Of a stretch of DNA of 64,000 nt, positions 1-14,278 are shown in pieces. The translations under genes and the position numbers were made by a program. The stretch's first letter is position 1. Each line of letters starts with the position of its first letter. Below the pieces are notes generated by a model that was not told the DNA's origin, ran no database searches, and was given only the letters and a program-made list of their open reading frames with translations. This DNA is from the human T2T-CHM13v2.0 reference genome, Homo sapiens: the NCBI RefSeq assembly GCF_009914755.1, contig NC_060925.1; one strand, given 5' to 3'.

Positions 1-191
1 GAATGACTATCAAAAAGTCAGAACAGTAGTTATCTGTGGGGAAGAGGATGAAAAAGAAACCATCTTGGAGGGTCAGAGGGAACTTCTGTCAATGTTTTCT
101 TAACCTAGATGGTAGTTACACAAATACTCATTTTAATATTATTATTGAAAATGTAAATATGTTTTATATACTCTTTGATATATACAGTATA

Positions 192-1414
192 CAATCATCC
201 ATTGCTTAAGGTGGGATAGTGATATGGTTTGGCTGTGTCCCTACCCAAATCTCATCTTGAATTGTAGTTTCCATAATCCCCACATGTCATGGGAGGGGCC
301 CTGAGGGAGGTAATTGAATCATGAGGTGGTTATGTTCTCATGATAGTGAGTGCTGCTGTTCTCATGATAGTGAGTGAATTCTCAGGAGATCTGATGGTTT
401 TATAAGGGGCTTTTTCCCTTTTTGCTAGGGGACTAGGCACTTCCCCTTTTGGTAGAAATGGGAGATGCCATCATGTGAAGAAGGACATGTTTGCTTCCCC
501 TTCCACCATGACTGTAAGTTTCCTGAGGCTTCCCCAGCCATGCAGAGCTGTGAGTCAATTAAACCTCTTTCTTTATAAATTACCCAGTCTCAGGCAGTGT
601 TTTAAGGCAGCATGAGAATGAACTAATACAGATACATTCCAAGAAATCTGTCATTAGGAGATTTTGTCATTGTGCAAACGTCGTAGAGTGTACTTACATA
701 AACCAAGATGGTGTAGTGTAGCCTACTTCACACCTAGGCTGTATGGTACAGCCTATTGTTTCTAGGCTACAGGCCTATACAGAATGTTACTGTCCTGAAT
801 ATTGTAGGTAACTGTAACACAATGCTAAGTATTTATGTATCTAAATATATCTAAACATAGAAAAGGTACAGTAAAAATATGAAATAGATAAAAAAATGTA
901 CACCTATGTAGGGCATTTACTATGAATGGAGTTTACAAGACTGGAAGTTGCTCTGGGTGAGTCAGTGAGTGTGAAGGCCTAGAACATGACTGTACACTAT
1001 CATAGACTATATACTCTATACATTTAGGCTACACTAAATTTAGAAAACTTTTTTTATTCAATAACAAATTAACCTTAGTTTATTATAATTTTTGACTTTA
1101 TAAACTTTTTATTTTTTTTACTTTTTGACTTTTGTAATAACACTTAGCTTTAACCTCACATTGTAGAGATGTACAAAAATATTTTTATATTCTTATTGTA
1201 TAAGCTTTTTTTATTAACTTTCTTTCTACTTTTTAAACTTTTTTGTTTAAAACTAAGATACAAACACACACATTAGCTTAGGCCTACACAGGGACAGGAT
1301 CATTAAGGTGTCACTAGGCAAAAGGAAATTTTCAGTTCCATTTTAATCTTATGAGACCGCCATTTTATATACAGTACATTGTTGTTGGAAACATTGTTAT
1401 ATGACACATGACTA
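192..1414. mobile_element. Tigger3/Golem-type (Tigger3b/MER7-like) non-autonomous DNA transposon, interrupted by a MaLR LTR
   Basis: Termini 'caatcatccattgcttaa' and 'ttatatgacacatgacta' resemble the Tigger3 TIRs (cagtcatg...catgactg). Internal 'cacacctaggctgtatggtacagcctattg' and 'tctaaacatagaaaaggtacagtaaaaata' are typical of the family. Confidence 0.8.
220..630 (+). mobile_element. MaLR solo LTR (THE1/MSTA-type)
   Basis: Starts TGATATGGTTTGGCTGTGTCC and ends AACTAATACA. Flanks are GATAG/GATAC (5-bp TSD, one mismatch). Confidence 0.9.
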
Positions 1415-2866
1415 TATTTCAAAATTAAAAAGAAAAAGGAAAGACAACATCCCAGGAAGCTGAAATTGATAAGTCTTTGGCCCCTTTCTTAAGAGTTAGG
1501 GTAATCTGATAGCAGAGGCATTGTTTCAGATGTGAGACATTTAGTCGAATTACCTGTTTGTTTTCTCACAAACTCATACTTGTTTGACTGGATCATCTGG
1601 GTACCTTTGCTTTCTGCAGTCACAGCCTTTGATTACAAGGTGTCAAGAGATGGTATCAAGGGCCAGAACAGCAATTATAAAGCTACTGCCATAATAAGGC
1701 ATTTATAGGCACACCTCATTTTATTGTGCTTCACAAATAGTGTGTTTTTTTTTTTACAAATTGAAGGTTTGTGGCAACCAAGGAGTGAGCAAGTCCATTA
1801 GTGCCATTTCTCCAACAGCATATACTCACTTTGTGTCTGTGTCATATTTTGGCAATTCTCAAAATATTTCAAACTGTATTATTATTATTATATCTGTCAT
1901 GGTGATCTGCAATCAGCAATCTTTGATGTTACCATTGTAATTGTTTTGGGGGACCACGAACTGCATCCATATAAGATAGCAAACTTAATAAATGTATGTT
2001 CTGACTGCGGCACTGGCCAGCCATTCCCCTGTCTTCCTCCCTCTCCTTGGGTCTCCCTATTTTCTGAAACACAACAATATTTTAATGAGGCCAGTTAATA
2101 ACCCTACAATTTTCTCTAAGTGTTCAAGTGAAAGGAAGGGTTGCATGTCTCTCGCCTTAAATCAAAAGCTGGAAATGATTAAGCTTAGTGAGGAAAGCAC
2201 GTTGAAAGCCAAGTTAGAACAAAAGCTAGGCCTCTTGCACCAACCAGTTAGCCAAGTTGTGAATGCAAAGGAAAATTTATTGAAGGAAATTAAACTTGCT
2301 ACTTCAGTGAACACGTGAATTATAAGAAAGCAAAATAGCTTTATTGCCTAAGTGGAGAGAGTTTGAGTGGTCTAGATAGAAGCTCAAACCAGCCACAACA
2401 TTCCCTTAAGCCAAAGCCTAATTCAGTGCAAGGCCCTAACTCTCGTCAATTATATGAAGGCTGAAAAAGGTGAAGAAGCCAAGGAAGAAAAGTTGAAAGC
2501 TAACAGAAGTTGGTTTATGAGATTTTTTAAAAGAAGCCAAGTTTATAACATAAAAGTGCAAGGTGAAACAGCAAGTACTGATACAGAAGCTGCAGCAAGT
2601 TATCCAGAAGATGTAGCTAAGATCATTGACAAAGCTGGCTACACTAAAAAAATACATTTTCTTTGTAGACAAAACTGCCTTCTATTAGAAGATGATGCCA
2701 TCTAAAACTTTCATAGCTAGAGAGGTGAAGTCAATGCCTGGCTTCAATGCTTCTGAAGACAGACCGGCTCCCTTTTTAGCAGTTCATGCAGCTGGTGACT
2801 TTAAGTTGAAACCAATGCTTATTTACCATTTCAAAATCCTAGAGCCCTTAAGAATTATGCTAAATC

Positions 2867-3176
<310 letters not shown>

Positions 3177-3226
3177 CTAAATCTACTTTGCCTTCCTCCA
3201 CAAATGCAAAAACAAAGTCTCCCTGA

Positions 3227-3577
<351 letters not shown>

Positions 3578-4265
3578 TAAGCTAACTGTTGAGATCTACT
3601 CCTCAGAAAAAAAAAAAAAGATTCCTTTTAAAATATTACTGTTAATTGACAAGGCTCCTGGTCATCCAAGAGCTCCTAAGGAGATGTATAGAAGATGAAG
3701 GTTATTTTGTTATTTTCATGACTGCTAACACAACATCCATTCTGCTATCCATGGAACAAGGAGTAATTTTGACTTTCAAGTCTTGTTACTTAAGAAATAC
3801 ATTTCATAAGGCTATAGTTGTTATAGATAGTGATTTCTCTTTTGGATTTGGGAAAAATAAATTGAAAACTTTCTGAAAAGAATTTGTCATTCTAGATGCC
3901 ATTAAAAACATTCATGATTCATGGAATGAGGTCAAAATATTCACATTAACAGGAATTTGGAAGAAGTTGGTTCCAACCCCCATGGATGACTTTGAGGGGT
4001 TTAAGACTTGAGTGGAGAAATAACTACAAATGTAGTAGAAGTAAAAAAAAAAAAAAAAAAAGAAAAAGAAAAAGAAACTAGAACTGGAAGTGGAGCCTGA
4101 AGATGTGACCAAATTGCTATAATCTCATGACATTTTAATGGCTGAGGATTTGTTTCTATGGATAGGCAAAGAAAGTGATTTCTTGACGTGGAATCTACTC
4201 CTAGTGAAGATGCTGTAAACATTGCTGAAAATGACAGAAAAAGATTAAGAATATTACCAAAACTT

Positions 4266-4590
<325 letters not shown>

Positions 4591-5319
4591 TTAGTTGAAA
4601 AGAAGCAGCAGGATTTGAAAGGATTGACTTCAACTGTGAAAGAAGCTCTACTGTGGGTAAAATGCTATCACACAGCATCACATGCTACAGAGAACTATTT
4701 AATGAAAGTAAGAGTCAATCTACATAGCAGATTTCATTGTTGTCTTATTTGAAGAAATTGAATTGCCACAGCCACTCCAGCCTTCAGAAACCACCATCCT
4801 GCACCCATCAACTCAACAGTATTTTAAAATTATGTACTTTGTTTTCTTAGACATAACACTATTGCCCACTTAATAGACTATAATATATTGTAAACATAAC
4901 TTTTATGTACACTGGGAAACCAAAAATTTTGTGTGACTCACTTTATTGTGTATTTGCTTTATTGCAGTGGTATGAAACAAAACTTGCAATATCTCTAAAA
5001 TATGCCTGTACATTATTCAAGGACTGGTGGGAAGCACCTTCTTTACAATATTTCTTGGTGAAGTAAGAATGTAATATCTACAATTCCCAAGACTTTTCTA
5101 GTTCTATCAAATCAATTCTTCTCATCTTTTCTTGTTTGTACCTTCTATTTATCATCTTCCCCTACTGCTCAATAACAAAAGAAGCTCAATACCAAGTAGG
5201 GGATTTCCAGTGAATTACACCTTATCGAACAGACTAGATCAACCAAAGAATAATTACCTCAGGATAATTCCTTTTATCTTCTTTTTAAAAATAATCCTTA
5301 TATCACATGTAATTATTAT

Positions 5320-5495
5320 TCATTTAATGTCTCTGTTGTAAACTAGACTATAAAAGTCTCCAAGAGAAAAAAGACCCTATCAATATTGTTCACCTCTTTA
5401 CTTCAGCTCTTAGAAAAAGACCTAGCATAAAGAAGGTGTTCAATAAGAATTGTCAAATGATAAATAAATAAATGGATACATGAATTAATGAACAC
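5320..5495 (+). mobile_element. L2 3'-end fragment
   Basis: 'actagactataa...ttgttcacc...cctagcata...caataagaattgtcaaatgataaataaataaatg' resembles the L2 terminus. Confidence 0.6.
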
Positions 5496-5639
5496 GTAAT
5501 GCAACATTCACTAGTTTCTTCATGCAACTGCAGACTCAGGACTGAATAATTTTTCTCCTGTTTTTGTTTTTACTATCAAGGTAACTTTCTACAGATTCAG
5601 CAGATATATTAGTAAGCATGAGATTTAATGAATAACATG

Positions 5640-6645
5640 ATAGAAAAAATGCAAATTAAATACAAAACAGAAAATAAATATTTGTCATTTTAACGTTCAA
5701 AGTTGACAAAAAAAGAAAAATAGTGGTCAATTTGGGCAAAGCTGCAGGAAAAAGGCACTCTTTCTACTGGGAGTATCAATTATAAAAAGATTCATGAAAA
5801 TTCATCAAATGGACCAAAAACCTTTCAAATTCAATTATAGGTATTTATCCACAGGAAATACTAAAAGATGTACACAAAAGATAGTTGGACAATGTTCTTC
5901 ATAAGTTGTTTATAATTGTGAGAAACTAAAACATCCTAAATACCCCCAAAATAGGAATTGGTTCAATAATTCAGGCTGTGTTACAATAAAATATTATGAG
6001 TCATTAACATTAATGTTGTAGGAAAATATTTAATGACATAGGGACACCGTTACTGTATATTATTAAGTTTTAGAAAAGAAGATTGCAAAGCAGTATTGTT
6101 GGTATCATCCTGTTTTGTAGGAAAAAAAGTCATGTACAGACATCATAAAGGCCTAGTCTAAGTTCTAGAAGAATATATGTCAGTGTTATAATGCTTATCT
6201 TTGGGTAGTAAGATTATGGGTAATTTTATGTTTCTTCTATAATAAGAAGGAGTGGTAAAAGTTAAATTCTAATAAAAGATATATATCGTCATAAGAAAAT
6301 ATTAGAAAAATATATAGCAAAATTTAAATAGCCATTATCTCTGAGTATAGGATTGTGGGTTAGTTTTATTTTCTTTTCACTTGAATGTATTTCTAAGTTT
6401 TATGCAATAATCTCATATTACTTTTGTAATAAGAAAAGTCCATAAAAGTTCATTAAATTTTAATAAAATGCATATGATGTCATAGGAAAAATTTGAGAAG
6501 ATATACAGCAAAAACAAACAGCAGTTATTTATCTCTGGGTATAGTATAAAGGGAGTTGTATATTTTCTTCTTTTTGCTTCTTAAGACTTTCCATACTTTT
6601 AGAATGAGTGTATATGTCTACAGTGAAAGAAAATAAAATGTTATT
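5640..6645 (+). mobile_element. Ancient L1 (L1ME-like) 3' region with a triplicated terminal segment
   Basis: 'aaatgcaaattaaa', 'gtatttatccacaggaaat' and three copies of 'ttatct(c/t)tg(g/a)gta...ttttctt'. Confidence 0.6.
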
Positions 6646-6664
6646 TGCAAGAACTTTTTGCTAC

Positions 6665-6954
6665 TCTGGGCATGGTGGCTCACACCTGTAATCCAGCACT
6701 TCGGGAGGCCAAGGCAGGCGGATCACTTGAGGTCAGGAGCTGGAGACCAGCCTGGCCAACATGGCGAAACCCCATCTATACTAAAAATACAGAAATTAGC
6801 CAGGCATGGTGGTGCATGCCTGTAATCCCAGCTACTCGGGAGGCTGAGGCAGGAGAATCACTTGAACCCGGGAGGTGGAGGTTGCCCAGATCCTGCCACT
6901 GCACTCCAGCCAGGGTGACAGAGCAAGACTCCATCTAAATAATAATAATAATAA
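6665..6954 (+). mobile_element. AluS with (TAA)n tail
   Basis: Alu body 'gatcacttgaggtcagg', a small deletion in the right arm, and a TAA tail. Confidence 0.9.
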
Positions 6955-8098
6955 CTTTTTTGCCCATCAAGTCACAGGGGCAAAAGTCTCTTTGAATAAC
7001 CATGTGCCCTAGAAGAGTCACTTAGAAGGTTCTAAGAAGTTGGTAAATAGACTATAAAGATCAAAGAAGTACTTGCTCTCATAAAAATTGTCACTGAGGA
7101 AAAGAAGGCAGTAAATTATAGCAATATATTGATCAGAATCCAGGTCAAGTAAATTTTGCACCCAAAATATCAAAGCTGGATTCATACTGCTCACTTCCAC
7201 CTGTGAATGTCTAGCTACATATAGTTTTTAAATTTACAAAATAATACTGAAATGTCAGATTAGCAGACCAAAAAAAAATTTTTTTTCAAGAGAATAGTTG
7301 CTTTAGACCCTCACAGCTTTATCCCCTACTAAAGTCAACACGTAAACTGAACTTTGAAAAGATATTTTATGTGTTGCAGGCAATTTTCACAGATGGAAAT
7401 TAACTGAGTTAGTAAAATTCTGAATTACAGAAGATTCTAAAATAATTGTGATTGTAATACTGTTTCATACAGTAACAGCAGTTGTGTAAACTGTTGACCC
7501 AAGTAGGGTCTGAATTAATGAGTAAAAAAAAAGAAGTAATGCCCTTACATTTGTATAACATTTACCAACATATAAAGCATTTTCATATTTGCTTATTTAA
7601 TTACAATGCTGTGAAGCAGTTAAGAAAAACTCTAATGTCGGCAGATTTCCCAGCATCACAAAGAATATAAATGTGGTAGAGCAAGACCTTGACCCTTGAT
7701 TATCAGCCTCCAAAGCCAATACTCTTCACATCACAAAACTCTGTTCCAGTTCTAATTAATTACAGATCATTGACAATAAACAATTTATTGGCTGAAGTCC
7801 ATATAATCATTTCCTCTGATTTATTTTACGTTTCTTCTTCTTAACTGCCTTTTACATGGCAGCTGCAGAGATACACTGCTATCAGGCCTGGATTGAATTA
7901 TTATACATTCCTACTGAGTGAAATCACAATTGATAAGGCTTTGGTATAATTGAAAAGATTGTTGGCGTGTTTTGTTTTATTTAATTGCATCAAGAAGCCT
8001 GAGAAGAAGTGGGAAGCTGAAAGCAAGAGCAAGTGACTAGGAAGGGAACAGGATGAACAGCACTGCCCAGGGACTTTAAAAGAAGAATCTGGAGGTGT

Positions 8099-8232
8099 GA
8101 CAAGATAAGAGAGGGACTGGATGAGTGGGTCTGATGTGCGACAAGATAAGAGAGGGACTGGATGAATGGGTCTGATATGCGACAAGATAAGAGAGGGATT
8201 GGATGAATGGGTCTGATGTGAAGAGGATAAGA
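8099..8232. repeat. 41-bp minisatellite, about 3.2 copies
   Basis: Unit GACAAGATAAGAGAGGGAYTGGATGARTGGGTCTGATRTGC starts at 8099, 8140 and 8181. Confidence 0.95.
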
Positions 8233-10620
8233 AAGTCACAGAAGCAGCTGGTTCTGTTATGCCACACTCACAATAACATAAAAAGCCCACATAGCACAGA
8301 CTAATTTGGCAGTAATCTGAAATAGAAATGCATTAATCCAATTACTCTTCTTGGCAGCCCAAACCACCTACTACCTACGAGCTTTTAGAATCTTAACTCC
8401 AGGGCTAGGATGACAAAATGAGTTCCCAGAATAAACAAATCCCATTTTAGGGCAGGATGAGTCATCTTGGGAGGCCTTTATGGCCAGGGGCCATGTTTCC
8501 TCCCTGACGTGAATGAAGCCAGCTTCCTACTTTGTGTCTAGGAAGCCTCTCCCTCCTCTGTCCTATCCTCTAACCAGTGCCCACAGCTTTGAAAGATAAA
8601 CCAAAGTTTGTCTTTTTTCATTTATAGTCACAGTTGTTGCTCATCTCATGGACAAGATTTCTGCTATCCTCAGATGTGTAGATTAGTCAAATATGGGTGT
8701 GTAACATCTCAGATGATTGAATTTATAAAACATTGCTGGGCTAGAGAAGGAATATTATTAGGCACTACCTGGGGAGAAATTGAAGATAAATATCTTAAAA
8801 TTTGAGAATTGGAAAAAATGTTGATTTCTTTTTTTGTGTGGCAGTGAAGCCTTTCCTTCTTGCAGATAAATAGTTAAAATATATAAAACTGGAACTTGAT
8901 CTATTTCAAAAACATGAGATTTTATAATTAGAAAGAACCTACAAATGAGATAGCAAATAGTTCATATTTCACCTACGGATGTGACCAGTTTTTGGTGACC
9001 ATCTGCGTCATGTTGAGATGAATGGATGTGTTTGGGCTTAGGCAAAAAGGTGGTCATGATGGATGGATGGATTGCTAATGGCTGCTCTCAAGTTCACTAT
9101 TGTAAATTTTAAACACAAATAAAATCCTACAGTGGTCACATAATGTGACAATGGTAGTAACTCAAGTTCTTTTTCTTTGTCTTTACAATCACTGAACCAT
9201 CATATTTGTCTCCAATCTACTGTTCAGATTTGGTACTATGTAGCATCACAGGGCTTGGAGATAAACTGCACTGCACTCGAAGCAAGCTGGAATCATTCTA
9301 AATCATCACAAACTTCCCCTCAAAACAAATGGCTGTAGTTGAGTCCACACATTGTTCCTTATTGACTATATACTGGAGAGTTCCTCCAACTTACTTCGGA
9401 ATACAATACAATGTTTGTAAAAGAACATAATGTTTATTAAACACATCAATAAGAAAAATGAGCTAATTTGAAACTTACATATATGTTATTAGAACAAACT
9501 AGTAACTGTTTAATTATTTAGAGCTTAGGAAAAATGTTTTTCAAGGAAGATATTTTATGATTGACTTTTTTTTAGAATTGCTTGCATCCTGTGAAGACAG
9601 ACAAGCCAACTTTAGTGAGCTTTTTTTTAAAAAATTATTTTCTATAGACAGTGCATCCCCTTATTGCCTACCTCTGGGCAGACAGCTCCCAAAAGCCCAT
9701 GCCTACACGCTGCCCATGGCATCTATGCAGGTATTTGACACCCTGATCCTCTATAATCCTCATTCTATGAGCCCCAGTAAAATGACCTATGTAAGATAGT
9801 GCAGGTACAGAGCTGGGATTAATACTTCAATTACTTGAATCAGAGGTTGATCTAATTTAATAGATAATCCCAGTTTTTCCTCTGAACTGCAGTGCCACCT
9901 CTGTCAAGTATCAACTTTCCATCTAAGTATGAATCTATTTCTGTGCTCCCTATTCTGTTCAATTAATCAATATGCCTATTCCCATGCCAATGTATCTAGC
10001 ATAATGAAGAAAAACCCTGGATATCAGGTAGGGTAGGTGCCCACCATGATTATTTTCCCTCCAAATTGCCATGGATTTTTGTTGGCTCTGATTTTCTTCA
10101 TTAAAAATTGTAAGACCAGGCTATCTGGTTCAATGGAGAAAGTTGTTGCGATTTTGATTGGAATTTTGTTTGAATTTATAGATCACTTTGGCAAGCATTG
10201 TCACCTTTGCAATGTCTTTTTCCTTTACACAAATTTCATATATCTTTTCTTTTGTTTGCATTAACATCTTTCAAGAATATTTTATATTTTTTCATAAATG
10301 TATGGTTACACATTTCACAAGTTGACTTTTAAATGCTATAAATTTTTGTGCTCATGAATTTCCAGCCCTCAGTTTTTGGTGTCTAGAAACATAATTGACC
10401 TAGTGTATCAATTTTATTTCATGCACTATGACTAAACTCTTTTATTAATCCTGACACTATACCTGAAAAAGCTTTTGGATTTTCTATGCAGACAATTATG
10501 TAACCAATAAATAATCTGCTGGGTTTTCCTTTTTATTCAATTATTTTTTTATTTTACTTAGTTTTTTGTGTGCATATGTTTATTTTTTTGCTTGTCTTAT
10601 GGCTCTGGCTAGGACCTCTT

Positions 10621-10895
10621 TTGGGGATCAGGGGAGGACAAGAGTCTTGCTGTGTCACCCAGGCTGGAGTGCAGGAGCACTAACTCCTGGACTCAAGCCA
10701 TGTTTTGGCCTCAGCCTCCCAAGTAGCTGGGACTACAGGCACGTGCCACAGTGCCCATCTAATTTTAAAATTTTTTGTAGAGACAGGGTCTCGCTATGAT
10801 CCCCAGACTAGTCTCAAACTCCTGGACTGAAGCAATCCTCCCACTTCAGCCTCTCAAAGCTCTAGGATCATAGACATGAGCCATTGCATCTGACC
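10621..10895 (-). mobile_element. AluJ with an internal deletion
   Basis: J-type 'ctcctggactcaagc'. Perfect 17-bp TSD TCTGGCTAGGACCTCTT (10604-10620 / 10896-10912). Confidence 0.9.
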
Positions 10896-11178
10896 TCTGG
10901 CTAGGACCTCTTAAATAATGTGGGATAGAAATGGCAGTACTAAAAGTTCTTATCTTTTTTCTGATTTAAAAGGCAAAGTTTTAATGTTTTGCCATTAAGG
11001 GTAATGTTTGCTAAAATTTAAAAACATATCCCTTTATCAAATTAAGGATATAATAATGTATTCCTATTTGTTAAAAATTTTTTTTTTAAGTCATGACTCG
11101 GTATGTATTTTTTCCTGAATCTTTTTGAATAATTTTAGGATTTTCCTCTTTTAATCTGTAAATGCGATGGATGATAAT

Positions 11179-11577
11179 TGATATAGTTGGATGTGTGTCC
11201 TCACCCAAATCTCATATTTAAATGTAATCCCCAGTGTTGGAGGTGGGACCTGCTGGGAGGTGACTGGATCGTGGAGGCAGGTTTCTCATGAATGGCTTAG
11301 CTCCATCCCTCTTGATACTGTCCTCCCAAAAGTGAGTGAGATATGGTCACTTAAAAGTGTGTAGCTCCCCCTTCATGCTCTTGCTCTTGTCATATGAAGT
11401 GTCTGCTCTTGCATTGCCTTCCATCATGAGTAAAAGCTCTCTGAGGCCTCCCTAGAAGCAGATGGCACCATGCTTCCTGTACAGCCTGCAGAACCATAAG
11501 CCAGTTAAACTGATTTTCTTATAAATCACCTAGTCTCAGGTATTTCTTTATAGCACTGTGAGAACAGCCTTAATACA
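11179..11577 (+). mobile_element. MaLR solo LTR (MSTB-like)
   Basis: TGATATAGTTGGATG...TAATACA with a perfect 5-bp TSD ATAAT. Confidence 0.9.
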
Positions 11578-13138
11578 ATAATAATTGATTTTCTAATCTC
11601 AAATCAACTCTACATTCCCAGATAATGATATATTTACATATTTCCAGACATGGTTTGCAAGTATTTAAGATACATAACTCTGTGTGAGATTGCCTTATCA
11701 ATGGTCTTTTCCCTACTACTTGTTTGATGTAATCTCTAAATTATAATGGCCACATAAAATAATTTAAGAAGTGTTTCTTATTTTTCTGTATTCTAAGAAA
11801 CTTTATGTAAGATTTGGAAATAGCTGTTCAGTAAACATTAGTAGAAGATGTCTGTAAATCCTCTGGGCTTTATTTTTTTGTGAGTAGGTTTTTTATTACC
11901 AGTAACATTTATTAACTGTCATAGTACAATTAGGCTTTCCAATTGTTTTATTGCATACTTTGACAAATCATATTTTTTTAGAAATTATCTTATCTAAGTT
12001 TTAAAATGTGTTGATACAAGTTGGTTCACATTTTGTTATGTTAATTTCTCCTCCATCCAAAGCTGCGTCCTACTTTTTGATTCCTAATATTATTTAGCTG
12101 CACCTTCTCTGTTTCATGATCAGTCTTTCCACAGAATTATCATACTGTTCTTCTTTAGAGCAAGCAAGTTATTGGTTTGTAGATCTCCATTGCATGTTTA
12201 TTTTATATTTCAATTTTTTAAGTATTAATTTCTTCTTTTTATTTTCTTTGAGTTTATTCTTTTTCTAACTTCTAAAGTTAAATGCTTATTTAGTTAATTT
12301 GCAGAGTCTCTCCTTTTCAAATATATGTATTTAAAGCAGTACATTTTATTCAACCAACCACTTTTCTCATATTAGGCAATTTTTTAATCTATTTTTTGTT
12401 TGTCTTGGTATGTATTTTCTAATTTCAGTGACTTTTCAAAACAATTTGGACACATGCATTTTTATGATATGTGTTTTTTAATTTGCAAAGTTGGGGTGTG
12501 GTAAGTTTCTTATAAATTCCTATTTTAATTTAGGGACAGAAAAGCAGTATAGCTTAAGCAGGTTAAATGAAATGTGTTGAGACTTTAAGTGGCCACATTT
12601 GGTAAATGTGCTGGGGATGTTTAAAGAGATTATTTATTTTCCATTTGTTTAGTATATATTCTATATGTGCCCATTAGATCAACTTTGATAATTGAATTTC
12701 TTGAATCTTTATACATTTGCTGATTTATTTCTCTCTCATCTAACAGTTACGGAGAAAGATATTAAAGATTTGTAAATTCTCTACTATAATGTGGATTTTT
12801 CAATTTCTCTTTGTACTTTTGACAATCTTTGTTTTACATATATTTAAACTATCTTAGCAAATATATAGTTTATAAATTTTTATATTTTTCTATACACTTT
12901 ATGCTTTCTTATTAGGTATATATTACCCTCTTTATGTTTTGCTTTATAATGCCTTTTGCCTCAAAGTCTAATTTTTCCAATGTTAGTTTTGCCATCCAAG
13001 CTTACTTAAGTTAAAATTTACCTGACATATCTTTTCTCATCATTTTATATTCAATCTTTCTGTGTTCTTAGGGTTTATGCATTTCCTTGTTCCTTGTTAA
13101 CAGCATATATCAGGATTTAAAAAATCTTTTTAGCTCAG

Positions 13139-13284
13139 TTTTGTTTTTGTTTGTTTGTTTGTTTTCTAAAGACAAGATTTCACTATGTTGCCTGGAATAG
13201 CCTTGCAATCCTGGGCTCAAAGGAGCCTCTCACCTCAGCCTTCCAAGTAGCTGCAACTACAGGTGTGTGCCATTGCACCCAGCT
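13139..13284 (-). mobile_element. Alu monomer (FLAM-like)
   Basis: (TTTG)n tail and a single Alu arm ending 'attgcacccagct'. Confidence 0.8.
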
Positions 13285-13369
13285 TGTTTTTGTTTTTGCT
13301 ATAATAATTTTTGGCTTTTAATGTGGAGTTCAGACCATATAAATTGATTACTATTCCTGATATGTTTAT

Positions 13370-13452
13370 ATTTATTTATTTTTATTATTATTACTTTTTA
13401 CTGGGACATGGTCTCACTTTGTTGCCCAGGCTGGTCTTGAACTCCTGGTTTC
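13370..13452 (-). mobile_element. Short Alu/FLAM fragment
   Basis: 'ggtctcactttgttgcccagggctggtcttgaactcctgg'. Confidence 0.7.
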
Positions 13453-14278
13453 AATTAATATTATCTTAGTTTGTATTTTCTATTTATTCTTTTTTCTCTT
13501 GTTGTTGTTTTGTTTTGTTTTTAATTTACCTTCTATTCTTACCTTCTTTTGCATTGCTTGGGTTGGGATTATTGTTTTCTCATTCCACTCCTAATCCTCT
13601 GCTGGTTTGGAAGGTACATACTCTATTTCTGTTATTTTAATAGTACTCCTGGAATAATTTTAACATATTGAAATAAATATAAAATCAATCAATACCCTTA
13701 TCCTCTCATAAAACTACAAGGACATGGCAATTCATTAATTCCATTTGCTACTTCCTCTAGATTTATTACTGTCTATAATTTTAGAACTAAGATGATTTTT
13801 CAACCCACAAAATAGTTTATTTTACAGTTAATCTTTACATTTACCAATCTATTACCATTTTTCTTAACATTTCTTTTCTGCATCTTAGCTCTTCTTAAAA
13901 TCATTTTTCTTCTTCTTGAAGTGCACCTTTAAAAATCTCTTAATTGGGGATTTGTTAGTGATAATCTTATCTGTTGTGTGTCAGAATCCATTTTTATTTT
14001 GCAATTGTTTTTGAAAGATAATTTTTCTGAGTAAATAATTATAAGTTTAAATTTGTTTTCTCTCATTATGACAAGGATTCTGTTTCACTGGTTTCTGGTT
14101 TATCTTGCTACTATTAGAGGTGTAAATATAGTTGACATTCATTTTTTAGTTAGTATAACTTTCTCTGTGCATATTTAAGATTTTCTCTGTCTTGTGCATT
14201 CTGTAATTTTATGTTGTATCTCATTCTTGTCTGGTTTGAGTTTCATTATACTAGCTCAACCACAGAATTGGTGTCTTC

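Noticed and set aside
8099-8232. 41-bp repeats as a CRISPR-like array
   Set aside because: Units are head-to-tail with no unique spacers, there are no cas genes, and the context is primate DNA. It is a minisatellite.
7901-8290. 129-aa Ser/Pro/His-rich ORF
   Set aside because: The open frame is a by-product of the 41-bp repeat. It has a non-ATG start and no recognisable domain.
9224-9309. C/D-box snoRNA-like motif pair on the minus strand (GTGATGA...CTGA, 86 nt)
   Set aside because: The terminal stem is weak, I recognise no rRNA or snRNA antisense element, and such pairs are expected many times by chance in 64 kb.
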